Below, piece after piece: positions 35,036-44,344 of a stretch of DNA of 64,000 bases; the first letter of the stretch is position 1, and each line of letters begins with the position of its first letter. The notes under the pieces are model-generated. The model had not been told where the DNA came from, ran no database searches, and saw only the letters and a program-made list of their open reading frames with translations. The stretch comes from Caldilineales bacterium (GTDB lineage: Bacteria > Chloroflexota > Anaerolineae > J102). The DNA lies in assembly GCA_019695115.1 (NCBI GenBank), contig JAIBAP010000013.1:36179-100178 (forward strand). The letters are read 5' to 3'. The position numbers and the translations under genes were made by a program.

Positions 35036-36571
35036 TCAGGCGCGATAGGTGGGCAAAACCAACGGCGGCGGGTCGCTGGCCTGGTTCAGATGCACATCCA
35101 GGGCGTGACGCAGGGCGACGCGGTCATCCCAGGGGTGCTCGGTCGTCCCGAAACACATCGACTGCTCGTGGCCTTTGCCGCAAACGATGACCAGGTCGCC
35201 GGCGCGGGCCTGGCGCAAGGCCAGTTGGATGGCGCGATAGCGGTCGGGTTCGCCCATGGCCCGGCCCCCGGCTTCCTCACAGGCCCGCAGGCTGGCGGCG
35301 ATGATGGCCTCCAGGTCTTCGGTGCGCGGGTCTTCGGCAGTGACCACGGTCAGATCGGCCAGCCGGCCGGCCACCTCGCCCATCATCCGGCGCTTGGCCA
35401 CGTCGCGCAGCCCGGCCGAGCCAAAGACGGCGATCACCCGCCCTGCCGTCAGTTCGCGGGCGGTGGTCAGCGCCGCAGCCAGGGCGAAGGGCGTGTGGGC
35501 AAAATCGACGATGGCGGTGAAATCCTGACCGCGGTCGATTCGCTCCATGCGTCCGGGGATGCCGGCCAGCGCCCGCACACCGGCGGCGATGGCGGCGTCG
35601 TCCAACTCGAGCAGGAAGGCAGTCGAGACGGCAGCGAGGATGTTGTAAACATTGAACAGACCCACCAGCGGTGTCTGCACCACCACCGCCCGGCGCTCGC
35701 CCCAGCGCACGATCAGGCCCATCCCGGATGGAGACTGCTGGATTTCTGTGGCCCGCACCTCACCGGCCTGGATGCCATAGCTCAGCCGCAGCGGCGCCGG
35801 ATAGGCGGACAGGGGCGCGAACGAACGGTCATCGGCGTTGAGCACTGCCCCGCGGGGGAGGCCGGGCTTGGGGCTGGTGGCGGCCATCATCTCGACCAGG
35901 CGAGCTTTGGCCGCCAGATAGCCGTCGTAGTCGCCGTGCTCGTCCATGTGCTCGTGGGTCACATTGGTGACGACGGCGATGTCGTAGTCCACCCCGGCCA
36001 CTCGCCATTGGCTGAGACCGTGCGAGGTGGTTTCGAGCACGGCCCAACGGCTGCCGGCGTCGGCCATCAGTCGGAGATAGCGATGGAGATCGGGGGCGTC
36101 GGGCGTGGTGGTATGCAGCCCGGTGTCCAGGGTCTGGTCGCCGATGCGGGCATTGACCGTGGTCAATAATCCGGCTTCGACCCCGGCGGCGGTCAGGATG
36201 CTGTGGATGAGATTGCTGGTGGTGGTCTTGCCGTCGGTGCCGGTGACGCCGATCACGCCCAGGCGGCGGCTGGGGAAGCCCTCCCAGGCGGCGCAGAGCA
36301 GGCCCAAGGCCCGGCGGCCGTTCTCGACCCGTAGGTAGGGCGCTCCCAGGCTGAGGTCTTGTTCCCCCACCACCGCCGCGGCCCCGGCGGCGATGGCCTG
36401 CGGGATGAAGCGGTGGCCGTCGCTGTTCACCCCGCGATAGGCGACGAAGATGGCGCCCGGCCGCACCTGCCGCGAGTCGGAGGTGATCTGGGTGATGGCG
36501 AGATCGGGTTGGTGGGCGGGCAGGCCGAGGGCAGCGGCGAGAGAGGAGAGGGATAGAATCGAGATGCCCAT
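35036..36571 (-). CDS. murE: UDP-N-acetylmuramoyl-L-alanyl-D-glutamate--2,6-diaminopimelate ligase
   Basis: 511 aa Mur ligase with GVTGTDGKTTT and a MurE-type layout. Confidence 0.9.
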   Translation of the reverse strand: MGISILSLSSLAAALGLPAHQPDLAITQITSDSRQVRPGAIFVAYRGVNSDGHRFIPQAIAAGAAAVVGEQDLSLGAPYLRVENGRRALGLLCAAWEGFPSRRLGVIGVTGTDGKTTTSNLIHSILTAAGVEAGLLTTVNARIGDQTLDTGLHTTTPDAPDLHRYLRLMADAGSRWAVLETTSHGLSQWRVAGVDYDIAVVTNVTHEHMDEHGDYDGYLAAKARLVEMMAATSPKPGLPRGAVLNADDRSFAPLSAYPAPLRLSYGIQAGEVRATEIQQSPSGMGLIVRWGERRAVVVQTPLVGLFNVYNILAAVSTAFLLELDDAAIAAGVRALAGIPGRMERIDRGQDFTAIVDFAHTPFALAAALTTARELTAGRVIAVFGSAGLRDVAKRRMMGEVAGRLADLTVVTAEDPRTEDLEAIIAASLRACEEAGGRAMGEPDRYRAIQLALRQARAGDLVIVCGKGHEQSMCFGTTEHPWDDRVALRHALDVHLNQASDPPPLVLPTYRA

Positions 36572-36577
36572 CTGTCA

Positions 36578-36943
36578 CTAGTTGCTGAGCTTCAAAGTGT
36601 ACATTGCTCGCGCCTTGAGCAAAGCCACTTGATCGGCGGCATCCAGAAGCTCATCCAGGGTCTTCGCTTCCTCCTGCGATAGCATCCCGGCTTTACTCTT
36701 GTCAAGTAGCTCACCAAGCCGCTCCTGCTGTGCCGGCGAAACGACGGCATTAGCAAGAACCAGCAGTTCGGTTGTACTCATGCCGCTAAGGGGTCGAAGC
36801 GAACTATCTTCGGATGACGGTGGCCCGCTTTGCTGCCAGGCAGAACGCACGTTGCGCAACAAGGCTTCGGCAAGTCCAACCTGTTCGACGGGTGGCCACT
36901 GTTTTGCCGCCTCGAAGACTTCGGCATAGGTGGATAGAGTCAT
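36578..36943 (-). CDS. hypothetical protein, paralog of the C-terminal module of ORF 20828-21241; addiction-module-component-like N-terminus
   Basis: MTLSTYAEVFEAAKQWPPVEQVGLAEALLRNV..., then ...QQERLGELLDKSKAGMLSQEEAKTLDELLDAADQVALLKARAMYTL. It lies in a lower-GC islet. Confidence 0.5.
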   Translation of the reverse strand: MTLSTYAEVFEAAKQWPPVEQVGLAEALLRNVRSAWQQSGPPSSEDSSLRPLSGMSTTELLVLANAVVSPAQQERLGELLDKSKAGMLSQEEAKTLDELLDAADQVALLKARAMYTLKLSN

Positions 36944-36982
36944 TCTGAAGCTCCATGAAGGGTGCGTTGCTCGCCGCATTCT

Positions 36983-37189
36983 TCAGAATCCAAACCGAAA
37001 CCAATCGGTGTTGAACAGAATGCCGCAAGCAAGGACAAGGAAGATGCAAAGGAAGATGAAACCGCAGCCGCAGCCGCTGATCGAGCAGCCGCGACCGAAG
37101 CCGAAGTTGTCTTGCAGCCAGTCGAACAGCCAGGTCAGGGCGGCAATCTCGAGCAGCCCGGCCAGGCAACCTTGATCTCTGTCGTTCAT
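36983..37189 (-). CDS. small Cys-rich hydrophobic protein (68 aa)
   Basis: MNDRDQGCLAGLLEIAALTWLFDWLQDNFGFGRGCSISGCGCGFIFLCIFLVLACGILFNTDWFRFGF. A minus-strand TATAAT lies at 37249-37254 upstream. Coding status is unproven. Confidence 0.35.
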   Translation of the reverse strand: MNDRDQGCLAGLLEIAALTWLFDWLQDNFGFGRGCSISGCGCGFIFLCIFLVLACGILFNTDWFRFGF

Positions 37190-37248
37190 GATCGCCTCAA
37201 CGGTGAACGGTGCGGAACAAAAGGGGGCACAAAAAATGCGAAGTCGCA

Positions 37249-37254
37249 GCACAT
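37249..37254 (-). promoter_or_regulatory. -10 hexamer TATAAT (minus strand) upstream of the small Cys-rich ORF
   Basis: The plus strand reads attata. It sits directly after the nuoN terminator, about 60 nt upstream of ATG 37189. Confidence 0.4.
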
Positions 37255-37260
37255 TATAAA

Positions 37261-37294
37261 CGAAAAGCCCGCCAGGTCTGCACCCGGCGGGCTT
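37261..37294 (-). terminator. intrinsic terminator after nuoN
   Basis: The minus strand reads AAGCCCGCC-(11 nt loop)-GGCGGGCTT followed by TTTCGTTTAT. The 9-bp GC-rich stem lies 22 nt after the nuoN stop. Confidence 0.7.
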
Positions 37295-37315
37295 GGGAAC
37301 GGCAAGAAGCGGGGT

Positions 37316-38782
37316 TCAGAACCCGGATGCGATCGCCATCGTCACCGAATTCGCCGCCCAGGTGAGGATGGGCTGGGCGAGGATGCCGATCAGCAGCACC
37401 ATGATGGCGCTGACCACCAGCGTCAGGCGCAGGCCGCCGCTGGTCTTGAAGGTCGCCGCTTCGGGGGCCTCGACGAAGAACATGTAGCGGACGACGTTCA
37501 AATAGTAGAAGGCGGCAATGACGGCGTTGATGGCGCCGACCGCGGCCAACGCCAGCATCTCCCGGCGGACGGCGGCGCCGAAGACCAGGAACTTGCCCAG
37601 GAAGCCGCCGGTGGGCGGGATGCCGGCCAGCGAAAGCAGGAACAGCGTCATCAGCAGGGCCAGCCCCGGCGCCCGACGGATCAGCCCGCCGAAGGCGGCA
37701 TAGTCGGTGGAGCCGGTCTGCTTCTCCACCGCCATCACCGTCACGAAGGCGCCGACATTGGTAAAGAGATAGGCGAAGAGGTAGATCAACAGCCCGCTGA
37801 CCCCATCGAACGGCCTGGGGCCGCCGCTGGCGGCCAGACCCATGAGGATGTAGCCGGCCTGGGCGATGGACGAGTAGGCCAACATGCGTTTGACGCTCGT
37901 CTGCTTCAGGGCCACCAGGTTGCCGAGGGTCATGCTCATCATCGAGAGGGCGGCCAGGATCAGCATCCATTGGCCGCTCCAGTCGGGCAGGGCGGCCAAG
38001 AAGACGCGGCCGGCCACAGCGAAACCGGCGGCTTTGGAGGCGGTGGAGAGGAAGGTCGTGACCGGGGTGGGGGCGCCGTCGTAGGTGTCGGGCGCCCACT
38101 GATGGAAGGGGACGAGGCTGGCCTTGAAGCCGAAGCCGCCCAACAGCAGGATGATGGCGGCCAGACCCAGGTACAGATTGGCAGAACTGGCCCCGAACAG
38201 TTGCCCGACTGCGGCCAGGTCGGTGCTGCCGGTGGCGCCATAGAGCAGCGAGATGCCATAGAGCAAGATCGCACCCGAGGTGGCGCCGTAGAGGAAGTAC
38301 TTCATGGCCGCCTCTTGCGAGCGCATGTCGTGGCGCAAGAAGCCGGCCAGGATGTAGGACGTGATCGAGAGGAACTCGATGCCCAGGTAGATGAGCAGGA
38401 AATTGGTGGCGCTGACCGCGACGCTGATGGCCAGAGCAGCAAACACCAACAGGGCGTAGAACTCGCCCAGGTAGCGGCTGCGCCCGGCCATGAAGTTGAT
38501 CGAGGCGAAGATGACCAGGCCCACGCCGATGATGGCGATCGCCTTGAAGAACAAGGCGTAAGGGTCGATCACCATCGTCGTTGCCACCACGGTGGCCGGG
38601 GCAGAGAGAATCAGATAGACTGTGGCTGCCAACGCCGCGGCCAGACCGACCAGGGCGACGATGGCGGCGCTGCGACCATCATCGCGACGGCGGCGGATGA
38701 GGTCCACTGCCATCACCAGAAAGCCCGTCAGGGCCAGGATCAGGTCGGGCAAGAGCAGGCGCAGGGTGTCGAGTGTGTTCAA
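37316..38782 (-). CDS. nuoN: NADH-quinone oxidoreductase subunit N
   Basis: A 488-aa antiporter-like subunit with LGIEFLSITSYILAGF, last in the nuo cluster. Confidence 0.9.
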   Translation of the reverse strand: MNTLDTLRLLLPDLILALTGFLVMAVDLIRRRRDDGRSAAIVALVGLAAALAATVYLILSAPATVVATTMVIDPYALFFKAIAIIGVGLVIFASINFMAGRSRYLGEFYALLVFAALAISVAVSATNFLLIYLGIEFLSITSYILAGFLRHDMRSQEAAMKYFLYGATSGAILLYGISLLYGATGSTDLAAVGQLFGASSANLYLGLAAIILLLGGFGFKASLVPFHQWAPDTYDGAPTPVTTFLSTASKAAGFAVAGRVFLAALPDWSGQWMLILAALSMMSMTLGNLVALKQTSVKRMLAYSSIAQAGYILMGLAASGGPRPFDGVSGLLIYLFAYLFTNVGAFVTVMAVEKQTGSTDYAAFGGLIRRAPGLALLMTLFLLSLAGIPPTGGFLGKFLVFGAAVRREMLALAAVGAINAVIAAFYYLNVVRYMFFVEAPEAATFKTSGGLRLTLVVSAIMVLLIGILAQPILTWAANSVTMAIASGF

Positions 38783-38798
38783 CGGAATCCCTCCCGGG

Positions 38799-40379
38799 TT
38801 AGAAGAGGCTGTTGAGTAGGGTGACGGATGCGCCGTTGAAGTAGATGAGGACGAGGGTGGGGAAGATGCCGAGGAGGATCATCAGCGCCACCAGCGGCCA
38901 GAGGGTCACTTTCTCGAAACGGGCCATGTCGGTCGGCCCCTCGGTTTCCTGGCCGGCCACCTCCGTCCAGTGATGGAGTTTATGGGCGTCGTACTTACCC
39001 AGGAAGATGCTCTGGATGATGCGGTAGAGGATGTAGGCGGCGGTGATGACGATGCCGATGACGCCGATGAGGGCGAGGACGGGCACGATGGCGAAGGCGC
39101 CGCGGAAGGTGAAGAACTCGGCCCAGAAGCCGGCCAGACCGGGCAAGCCCAACGAGGCGAAACCGGCGAACATCATCGTGGCGTAGAAGACCGGCGTCAC
39201 GGCGCTGAGACCGCCGAATTTGTCCAGGTCGCGGGTGTGCGCCCGTTCGTAGATCACACCGACAAGGAAAAACAAGGCGCCGGTGATGATGCCGTGCATG
39301 AACATTTGCAGGCTGGCGCCGTTCAGGGCCATGGCGGCGCTGTCGATCAGGGCATCGCTCTTGGGCTGGTTCAAGGCCCAGGCGGCGGCGCCGATGCCGA
39401 GCATCACGTAGCCCATATGGCTGACCGATGAGTAGGCGATCAGCCGCTTGAGGTCGGTTTGGGCCAGCGAAACAAAGGCGCCGTAGACGATGCCGATGAC
39501 GCCGAGGAGGGCGATGATGAAGCCGTAATCAGCGGCGGGGCCGGGGAAGAGCGGCAGCAGGATGCGTAGCATACCGTAGGCGCCGAGCTTGAGCAGGACG
39601 CCGGCCAGGATGACCGAGCCGGCCGTGGGGGCGGCGGTGTGGGCGTCGGGCAGCCAGGTGTGGAAGGGGAAGCTGGGCACCTTGATGGCGAAGGCGACGA
39701 AAAAGGCCCAGAACGAGAGCGAGGCATAGAGCGGCACGCCGGCCCACACGCCTTTCTGGGCCGCCTCCAGGATGTCGAAGGTGCCTGTGCTGAGGTAAAC
39801 GCCGATGATGGCCAACAGCATGAAGACCGACCCGGCCAGAGTGTAGAGGAAGAACTTGATGGCGGCGTACTGCGGCCGATCTTTTTCCTGGCCCCAGATG
39901 CCGATCATGAAATACATGGGCACCAGGCCGATCTCCCAGAACACGTAGAACAGCACCAGGTCCAGCGAGATGAAGACGCCGAACATGCCGGTAGCCAGGA
40001 AGAGGAAGAGGGCGAAGAACTCCTTGACCCGGCGGGTGATGGTGCGGGCCGAGTAGTAGAGGCCCAGAGTCGTCAGCAGCGCCGTCAGGAAGATGAGCGG
40101 TACGCTGAAGCCATCGACGCCAACGTGATAGTTCACACCCAGGGCCGGGATCCAGGCCGCCTTGACCTCGTAGGCCATCGGCGCCGAAGTGGATGTCACA
40201 TGGCCCGACCAGTAGTCGAAGGCCAACCAGACGGACAACACCAACGGGATCAAGCTCCAGAGGATGGCGAAGCGTTTGATCAGGTTCGTGCTCCCGCCTG
40301 GCATCAGCATGACGATGATGCTGCCGATCAAAGGCAGGAAGGCGATGAGTGTCAGCACCCAGTTGTTGAGAAAATTCAT
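38799..40379 (-). CDS. nuoM: NADH-quinone oxidoreductase subunit M
   Basis: 526 aa with FYVFWEIGLVPMYFMIGIWG and TWLPDAHTAAPTAGSVILAG. Confidence 0.9.
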   Translation of the reverse strand: MNFLNNWVLTLIAFLPLIGSIIVMLMPGGSTNLIKRFAILWSLIPLVLSVWLAFDYWSGHVTSTSAPMAYEVKAAWIPALGVNYHVGVDGFSVPLIFLTALLTTLGLYYSARTITRRVKEFFALFLFLATGMFGVFISLDLVLFYVFWEIGLVPMYFMIGIWGQEKDRPQYAAIKFFLYTLAGSVFMLLAIIGVYLSTGTFDILEAAQKGVWAGVPLYASLSFWAFFVAFAIKVPSFPFHTWLPDAHTAAPTAGSVILAGVLLKLGAYGMLRILLPLFPGPAADYGFIIALLGVIGIVYGAFVSLAQTDLKRLIAYSSVSHMGYVMLGIGAAAWALNQPKSDALIDSAAMALNGASLQMFMHGIITGALFFLVGVIYERAHTRDLDKFGGLSAVTPVFYATMMFAGFASLGLPGLAGFWAEFFTFRGAFAIVPVLALIGVIGIVITAAYILYRIIQSIFLGKYDAHKLHHWTEVAGQETEGPTDMARFEKVTLWPLVALMILLGIFPTLVLIYFNGASVTLLNSLF

Positions 40380-40436
40380 TGAGATCTCCTTCTCAGAATG
40401 GTCTTGGAGATAAATTACCGGGAAGATCGGTGTGGA

Positions 40437-42686
40437 TCATCGAATTGCCAGTTGCGCCAACGCCAACAGCATCAGCACGGCAACCAGAAGCACGAGCAAG
40501 TAGAACTGCGCCTGACCGGTCTGCACCAGGCGCAGCACCGAGCCGGCCACCTGGGCGACGAAGCCGACGCCGTTGACGGCGCCATCGACAAACAGCTCGT
40601 CGAAGGACTGCCGCAACGAGCGCGAGAACCAGCGGCCAAAGCGCCCGACGGCATTGACGATGCCATCGATGACGGCCTGATCGAAGGCTCGCGCCAGCCG
40701 CGTCAGCCACATGGCAAAGCCGACGATGATGGCAGGGCGCACGCCGGGCAGGCTGCCGTACAACTCATCGAAGAAGTACTTTTTGCGCAGCACCGGGTGG
40801 AGCGGCCCCAGCCAACGCTCGAGCGGGTCCTGTTGCCCGGCCCGCAGCGGCTTGCGACCATATACCAGCCAGGCCAGGAAGATGCCGCCCAACGAGACGA
40901 TGATCGAGACGACGATAGGGACCGCCCGGAAGGGCAGGGCCTCGGCATGGAGGTCGTAGGCCAGCGCCTGTTCTTCCATCATCGTGCCGAAGGGATTGCC
41001 TAACATCTCGCCTACCACCGGGAACCAACGGGGAATGCCAATCCAACCGGCGGCGATGGCAAAGACCGCCAACAGAATGAGCGGCGTCGTCATCGATCTG
41101 ACGTTCTCGGAGGCATGGGCGGCGGCCTCGGTGCGAGGCTGGCCGAAGAAGGTCATGAACACCTGGCGGAAGGTGTAGAAGGCCGTGAGCAGGGCCGAGA
41201 TGGCCAGCACCCAGAAGACGGCACTGTGCCCGTTATACCAGGCATCGGAGAGGATCTCGTCCTTCGACCAGAAGCCGGCGGTGAGGAAGGGGAAGCCCGA
41301 AAGCGCAGCGGCGCCGATGATGAACGTCCAGCCGGTGGCGGGCATGCGTTTGAGCAGGCCGCCCATATTGCGCATATCCTGGGCGTCGAAGTCCTCGCCA
41401 TGCGCCTCGTCTTCGTGGCCGTGTTCCTCGTGACTGCCGTGTGCGTCGCCGTGTTCGGCATGGGCGTGGGCATGATGATGGCCGTGCTCGACGCCGTGGA
41501 TGACGGAGCCGGAGCCGAGGAACAAGAGCGCCTTGAAGAAGGCGTGCATGATCAGATGGAAAACCGCCGCCACCCAGGCGCCGATGCCCAGGGCGGCGAA
41601 CATGTAGCCGAGCTGCGAAATGGTGGAATAGGCCAGGACTTTCTTGATGTCGTTCTGGGCCAGGGCGATGGTGGCGGCAAAGAGGGCGGTGAAGGCGCCG
41701 ATGAAGGCGACGAAGAGCAGGGCGCCGTTCTGGCCATGATGGGCGGCCCAGAAGATCGGCAACATGCGCACGATCAGGTAGACGCCGGCCGAGACCATGG
41801 TGGCGGCATGGATGAGGGCGCTGACCGGGGTGGGGCCTTCCATGGCATCCGGCAACCACACGTGCAACGGGAATTGGGCCGACTTGCCGATGGCGCCCCA
41901 GAAGATGAAGATGGAGATCACCACCGCCGCCGAAAATGTCCCCAGGATCGGCGCCGACAAATGCGCCTCGGCCAGGCGTTCCAGCACATCAGGCTGGAAG
42001 ATGGCCTGGAAGTTCAGCTCGCGGGTGAGGATGAAGAGGAAGATCAGGCCGATCATCAGCAGCACATCGCCGATGCGGGTGGTGAGGAAGGCCTTGAGAC
42101 CGGCCTGCCTGGGGGTGATCTGGTTGGGGTCGCGATATTTCTTGTCGAACCAGAACCCGATAAGCAGATAGGAGCACAGGCCCATGATCTCCCAGAAGAT
42201 GAAAAGCATGAGCAGGTTGTCGGCCACCACCAACCCCAGCATCCCCGTGGCGAAGAGCGAGATATAAGCGAAGAAACGGCTGTAGCGCGGGTCGAGGCCA
42301 TCCTTGTTCAGGGCCGCATTCTGGTAGCCGGGGAAGGTCATGTAGCCGGAGCTGTAGATGAAGATCATGGTCAGGACGAAGCCAACCATGAACAACATCA
42401 CAGCTGTCACGGCATCGACGGCCACACCCATTCTGAACGTGGTCGCGCCGGTGGGGATGCTCAGCCAGCTCAAGGACATCTGGAATGGTTCTTCGACCCG
42501 ATGGCGCCAGTCAGAGAAGAAGGCAAAGGCCACCAGCCAGGACAAGACCCACGAGATTACCACCGCCCCGATAGCAATCGTCGAGCTGAGCCGTTTGCGC
42601 GGGTTGGCAAACAAGATGATGGCAAAAAAGGCCAGCAGGGGCGGGATGGGGATGAGCCAGGTGAGATTGAGGAAAGTCTCGGCCAT
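40437..42686 (-). CDS. nuoL: NADH-quinone oxidoreductase subunit L (with His-rich insertion)
   Basis: 749 aa with FWEIMGLCSYLLIGFWF and VWLPDAMEGPTPVSALIHAATMV, the insert HGHHHAHAHAEHGDAHGSHEEHGHEDEAHGE, and a long C-terminal lateral-helix region. Confidence 0.9.
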   Translation of the reverse strand: MAETFLNLTWLIPIPPLLAFFAIILFANPRKRLSSTIAIGAVVISWVLSWLVAFAFFSDWRHRVEEPFQMSLSWLSIPTGATTFRMGVAVDAVTAVMLFMVGFVLTMIFIYSSGYMTFPGYQNAALNKDGLDPRYSRFFAYISLFATGMLGLVVADNLLMLFIFWEIMGLCSYLLIGFWFDKKYRDPNQITPRQAGLKAFLTTRIGDVLLMIGLIFLFILTRELNFQAIFQPDVLERLAEAHLSAPILGTFSAAVVISIFIFWGAIGKSAQFPLHVWLPDAMEGPTPVSALIHAATMVSAGVYLIVRMLPIFWAAHHGQNGALLFVAFIGAFTALFAATIALAQNDIKKVLAYSTISQLGYMFAALGIGAWVAAVFHLIMHAFFKALLFLGSGSVIHGVEHGHHHAHAHAEHGDAHGSHEEHGHEDEAHGEDFDAQDMRNMGGLLKRMPATGWTFIIGAAALSGFPFLTAGFWSKDEILSDAWYNGHSAVFWVLAISALLTAFYTFRQVFMTFFGQPRTEAAAHASENVRSMTTPLILLAVFAIAAGWIGIPRWFPVVGEMLGNPFGTMMEEQALAYDLHAEALPFRAVPIVVSIIVSLGGIFLAWLVYGRKPLRAGQQDPLERWLGPLHPVLRKKYFFDELYGSLPGVRPAIIVGFAMWLTRLARAFDQAVIDGIVNAVGRFGRWFSRSLRQSFDELFVDGAVNGVGFVAQVAGSVLRLVQTGQAQFYLLVLLVAVLMLLALAQLAIR

Positions 42687-42824
42687 GAAGGACCTCAGGG
42701 TAGTGCGTATTGCGTGTCAGGTATTGCGCTTGACGAATGGAACTTCAATAGCGGTGTGCTTCGAGAACAGCCCAGGCCGGTGAAACGTTTCCCATTCGCA
42801 TGGGGGATTCAGAGGCCGTGGATG

Positions 42825-43181
42825 CTATGGACGCGAACGGCGGACGAAGACGATGATGGCAAGCAGATAACCAAGCAGAAGGCCGAGAAAACCGGCGAGC
42901 AGCATTTGCCAGTCCTTGTCGAAACCGGCGGCGCTGGCAATGGCGACGCCGAGGATGGCGACCAGCAGACTGGCGACCAGGGTCAGGGTCTGCTGGCGCC
43001 GGGCTTGCCGGGCCTGTTGAAAGACATGCTGGATATCGCGATAGTTCGGATCGACCTTGATGATTTCTTGGGCGTAATGGACGGCGCCGCTGTACTTGCC
43101 TTCGGCCATCCGTTGCTCGACGATCTCGTAGACGGTCGCCAGTTGTTCTGCCAGCGTACCGGTCAATTGCTGCTTGGGCAT
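42825..43181 (-). CDS. hypothetical protein inserted between nuoK and nuoL (soluble TPR-like N-terminus plus 2 TM helices)
   Basis: MPKQQLTGTLAEQLATVYEIVEQRMAEGKYSGAVHYAQEIIKVDPNYRD... then LVASLLVAILGVAIASAAGF and LLAGFLGLLLGYLLAIIVFV. It is flanked by repeat blocks. Confidence 0.5.
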   Translation of the reverse strand: MPKQQLTGTLAEQLATVYEIVEQRMAEGKYSGAVHYAQEIIKVDPNYRDIQHVFQQARQARRQQTLTLVASLLVAILGVAIASAAGFDKDWQMLLAGFLGLLLGYLLAIIVFVRRSRP

Positions 43182-43187
43182 TGGCGA

Positions 43188-43331
43188 TCGTGGTGCGTGG
43201 TACGTGTTGCGTGTTCCGCGGTGCGTGGTGATTGTCGCCTGATCGGGTGTACGCAACACGCACCACGCAATAGTCAACTTCGAATCAATTCAATCTCATC
43301 ACGTTTCACGTTTCACGTTTCACGCCTCACG
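43188..43331. repeat. CACG-core heptamer arrays in inverted orientation (GTGCGTG-type arm, ACGCAACACGCACCACGC arm, then TCACGTT x3-4)
   Basis: Read directly. It fills the gap between nuoK and the inserted ORF. Confidence 0.85.
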
Positions 43332-43334
43332 ATC

Positions 43335-43646
43335 CTATCCTTTCAACATATCGATCTGATCGACATTGATCGTGCTGCGGGTGCGGTAGATCGAGATGAT
43401 CAGGGCCAGGCCGACGGCCGCTTCGGCGGCGGCGACGGCGAGAACGAAGATGGCGAAAATCTGGCCCGTCGGATCGCCAGGGCGCACATAGCGCCAGAAG
43501 GCCAGCAGGTTGATATTGACGGCATTGAGCATCAACTCGACGCCCATCAGGGCGGCGACGGCGTTGCGCCGCGACAAGACGCCAAAGAAACCGACGCAAA
43601 ACAAGGCTGCCGCCAAAATCAGATACCATGACAGCGGGATGACCAC
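43335..43646 (-). CDS. nuoK: NADH-quinone oxidoreductase subunit K
   Basis: GTG start at 43646 with GAAGGAG upstream. The product (M)VIPLSWYLILAAALFCVGFFGVLSRRNAVAALMGVELMLNAVNINLLAF is typical NuoK. The track ORF extends upstream through repeats. Confidence 0.85.
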   Translation of the reverse strand: MVIPLSWYLILAAALFCVGFFGVLSRRNAVAALMGVELMLNAVNINLLAFWRYVRPGDPTGQIFAIFVLAVAAAEAAVGLALIISIYRTRSTINVDQIDMLKG

Positions 43647-43696
43647 GGTGAATCTTTCTCCTTCGCTAAAAAGACCTGAGGTGCTTGTGGAAGAAA

Positions 43697-43808
43697 TGTG
43701 TTTCGTGAAGCGTGAAACGTGTTCCGTGTTCCGTGAAACGTGTTCCGTGAGGCGCTGGCGACGGGTCTTTACGCAACACGCAACACGCATCACGCATCAC
43801 GCATCACG
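43697..43808. repeat. CACG-core heptamer arrays in inverted orientation (CGTGAAA/CGTGTTC arm; ACGCAAC/ACGCATC arm)
   Basis: Read directly. It lies between nuoJ and nuoK, and the right arm touches the nuoJ stop codon. Confidence 0.85.
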
Positions 43809-44295
43809 ATCGATGCCGCTCACGGGCCAGCATCACCGCCCCTACCAGGGCGACGACGAGCAGGATCGAAGCCACCTCGAACGGAATGACATAGGGGCCG
43901 ACGAAGCCAAGGCCAATCTGGGTGATAGCGTCGGTCGGAACGGGCTGCCGGTCGATGCTGAACTGGGCGGTGTAGCCCAACCAGCCCAGCAAAACGAACA
44001 ACAGCAACGCGCCCAATCCGGCGAAAAGCCACTGCCGGTTGTAAGCTCCGCCCTCGCGGCCCATCATGCTGCGGCTGAGCATGATGGCAAAGATGATGAG
44101 AGTAGAGATGGCGCCGATGTAGATGACGACCTGGGCGATAGCCAGGAACTCGGCTTCGAGCGTGACATAGAGGGTGGCGACGCCGAAAAAGGCGCCCACC
44201 AGAAACAAGGCGGCGTGGAAGATGTTGCGCGCCGTCACCGTGCCCACAGCCATGGCCAGGGTGAACAACGAGAGCAGGATGAAAATGACGGGCAT
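43804..44295 (-). CDS. nuoJ: NADH-quinone oxidoreductase subunit J
   Basis: MPVIFILLSLFTLAMAVGTVTARNIFHAALFLV...VVIYIGAISTLIIFAIML (NuoJ pattern). Confidence 0.85.
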   Translation of the reverse strand: MPVIFILLSLFTLAMAVGTVTARNIFHAALFLVGAFFGVATLYVTLEAEFLAIAQVVIYIGAISTLIIFAIMLSRSMMGREGGAYNRQWLFAGLGALLLFVLLGWLGYTAQFSIDRQPVPTDAITQIGLGFVGPYVIPFEVASILLVVALVGAVMLARERHRS

Positions 44296-44344
44296 GAAGA
44301 CTTCTCCTTCGATCACACAGGTGCGACGCACACCTGCTTTCCGA

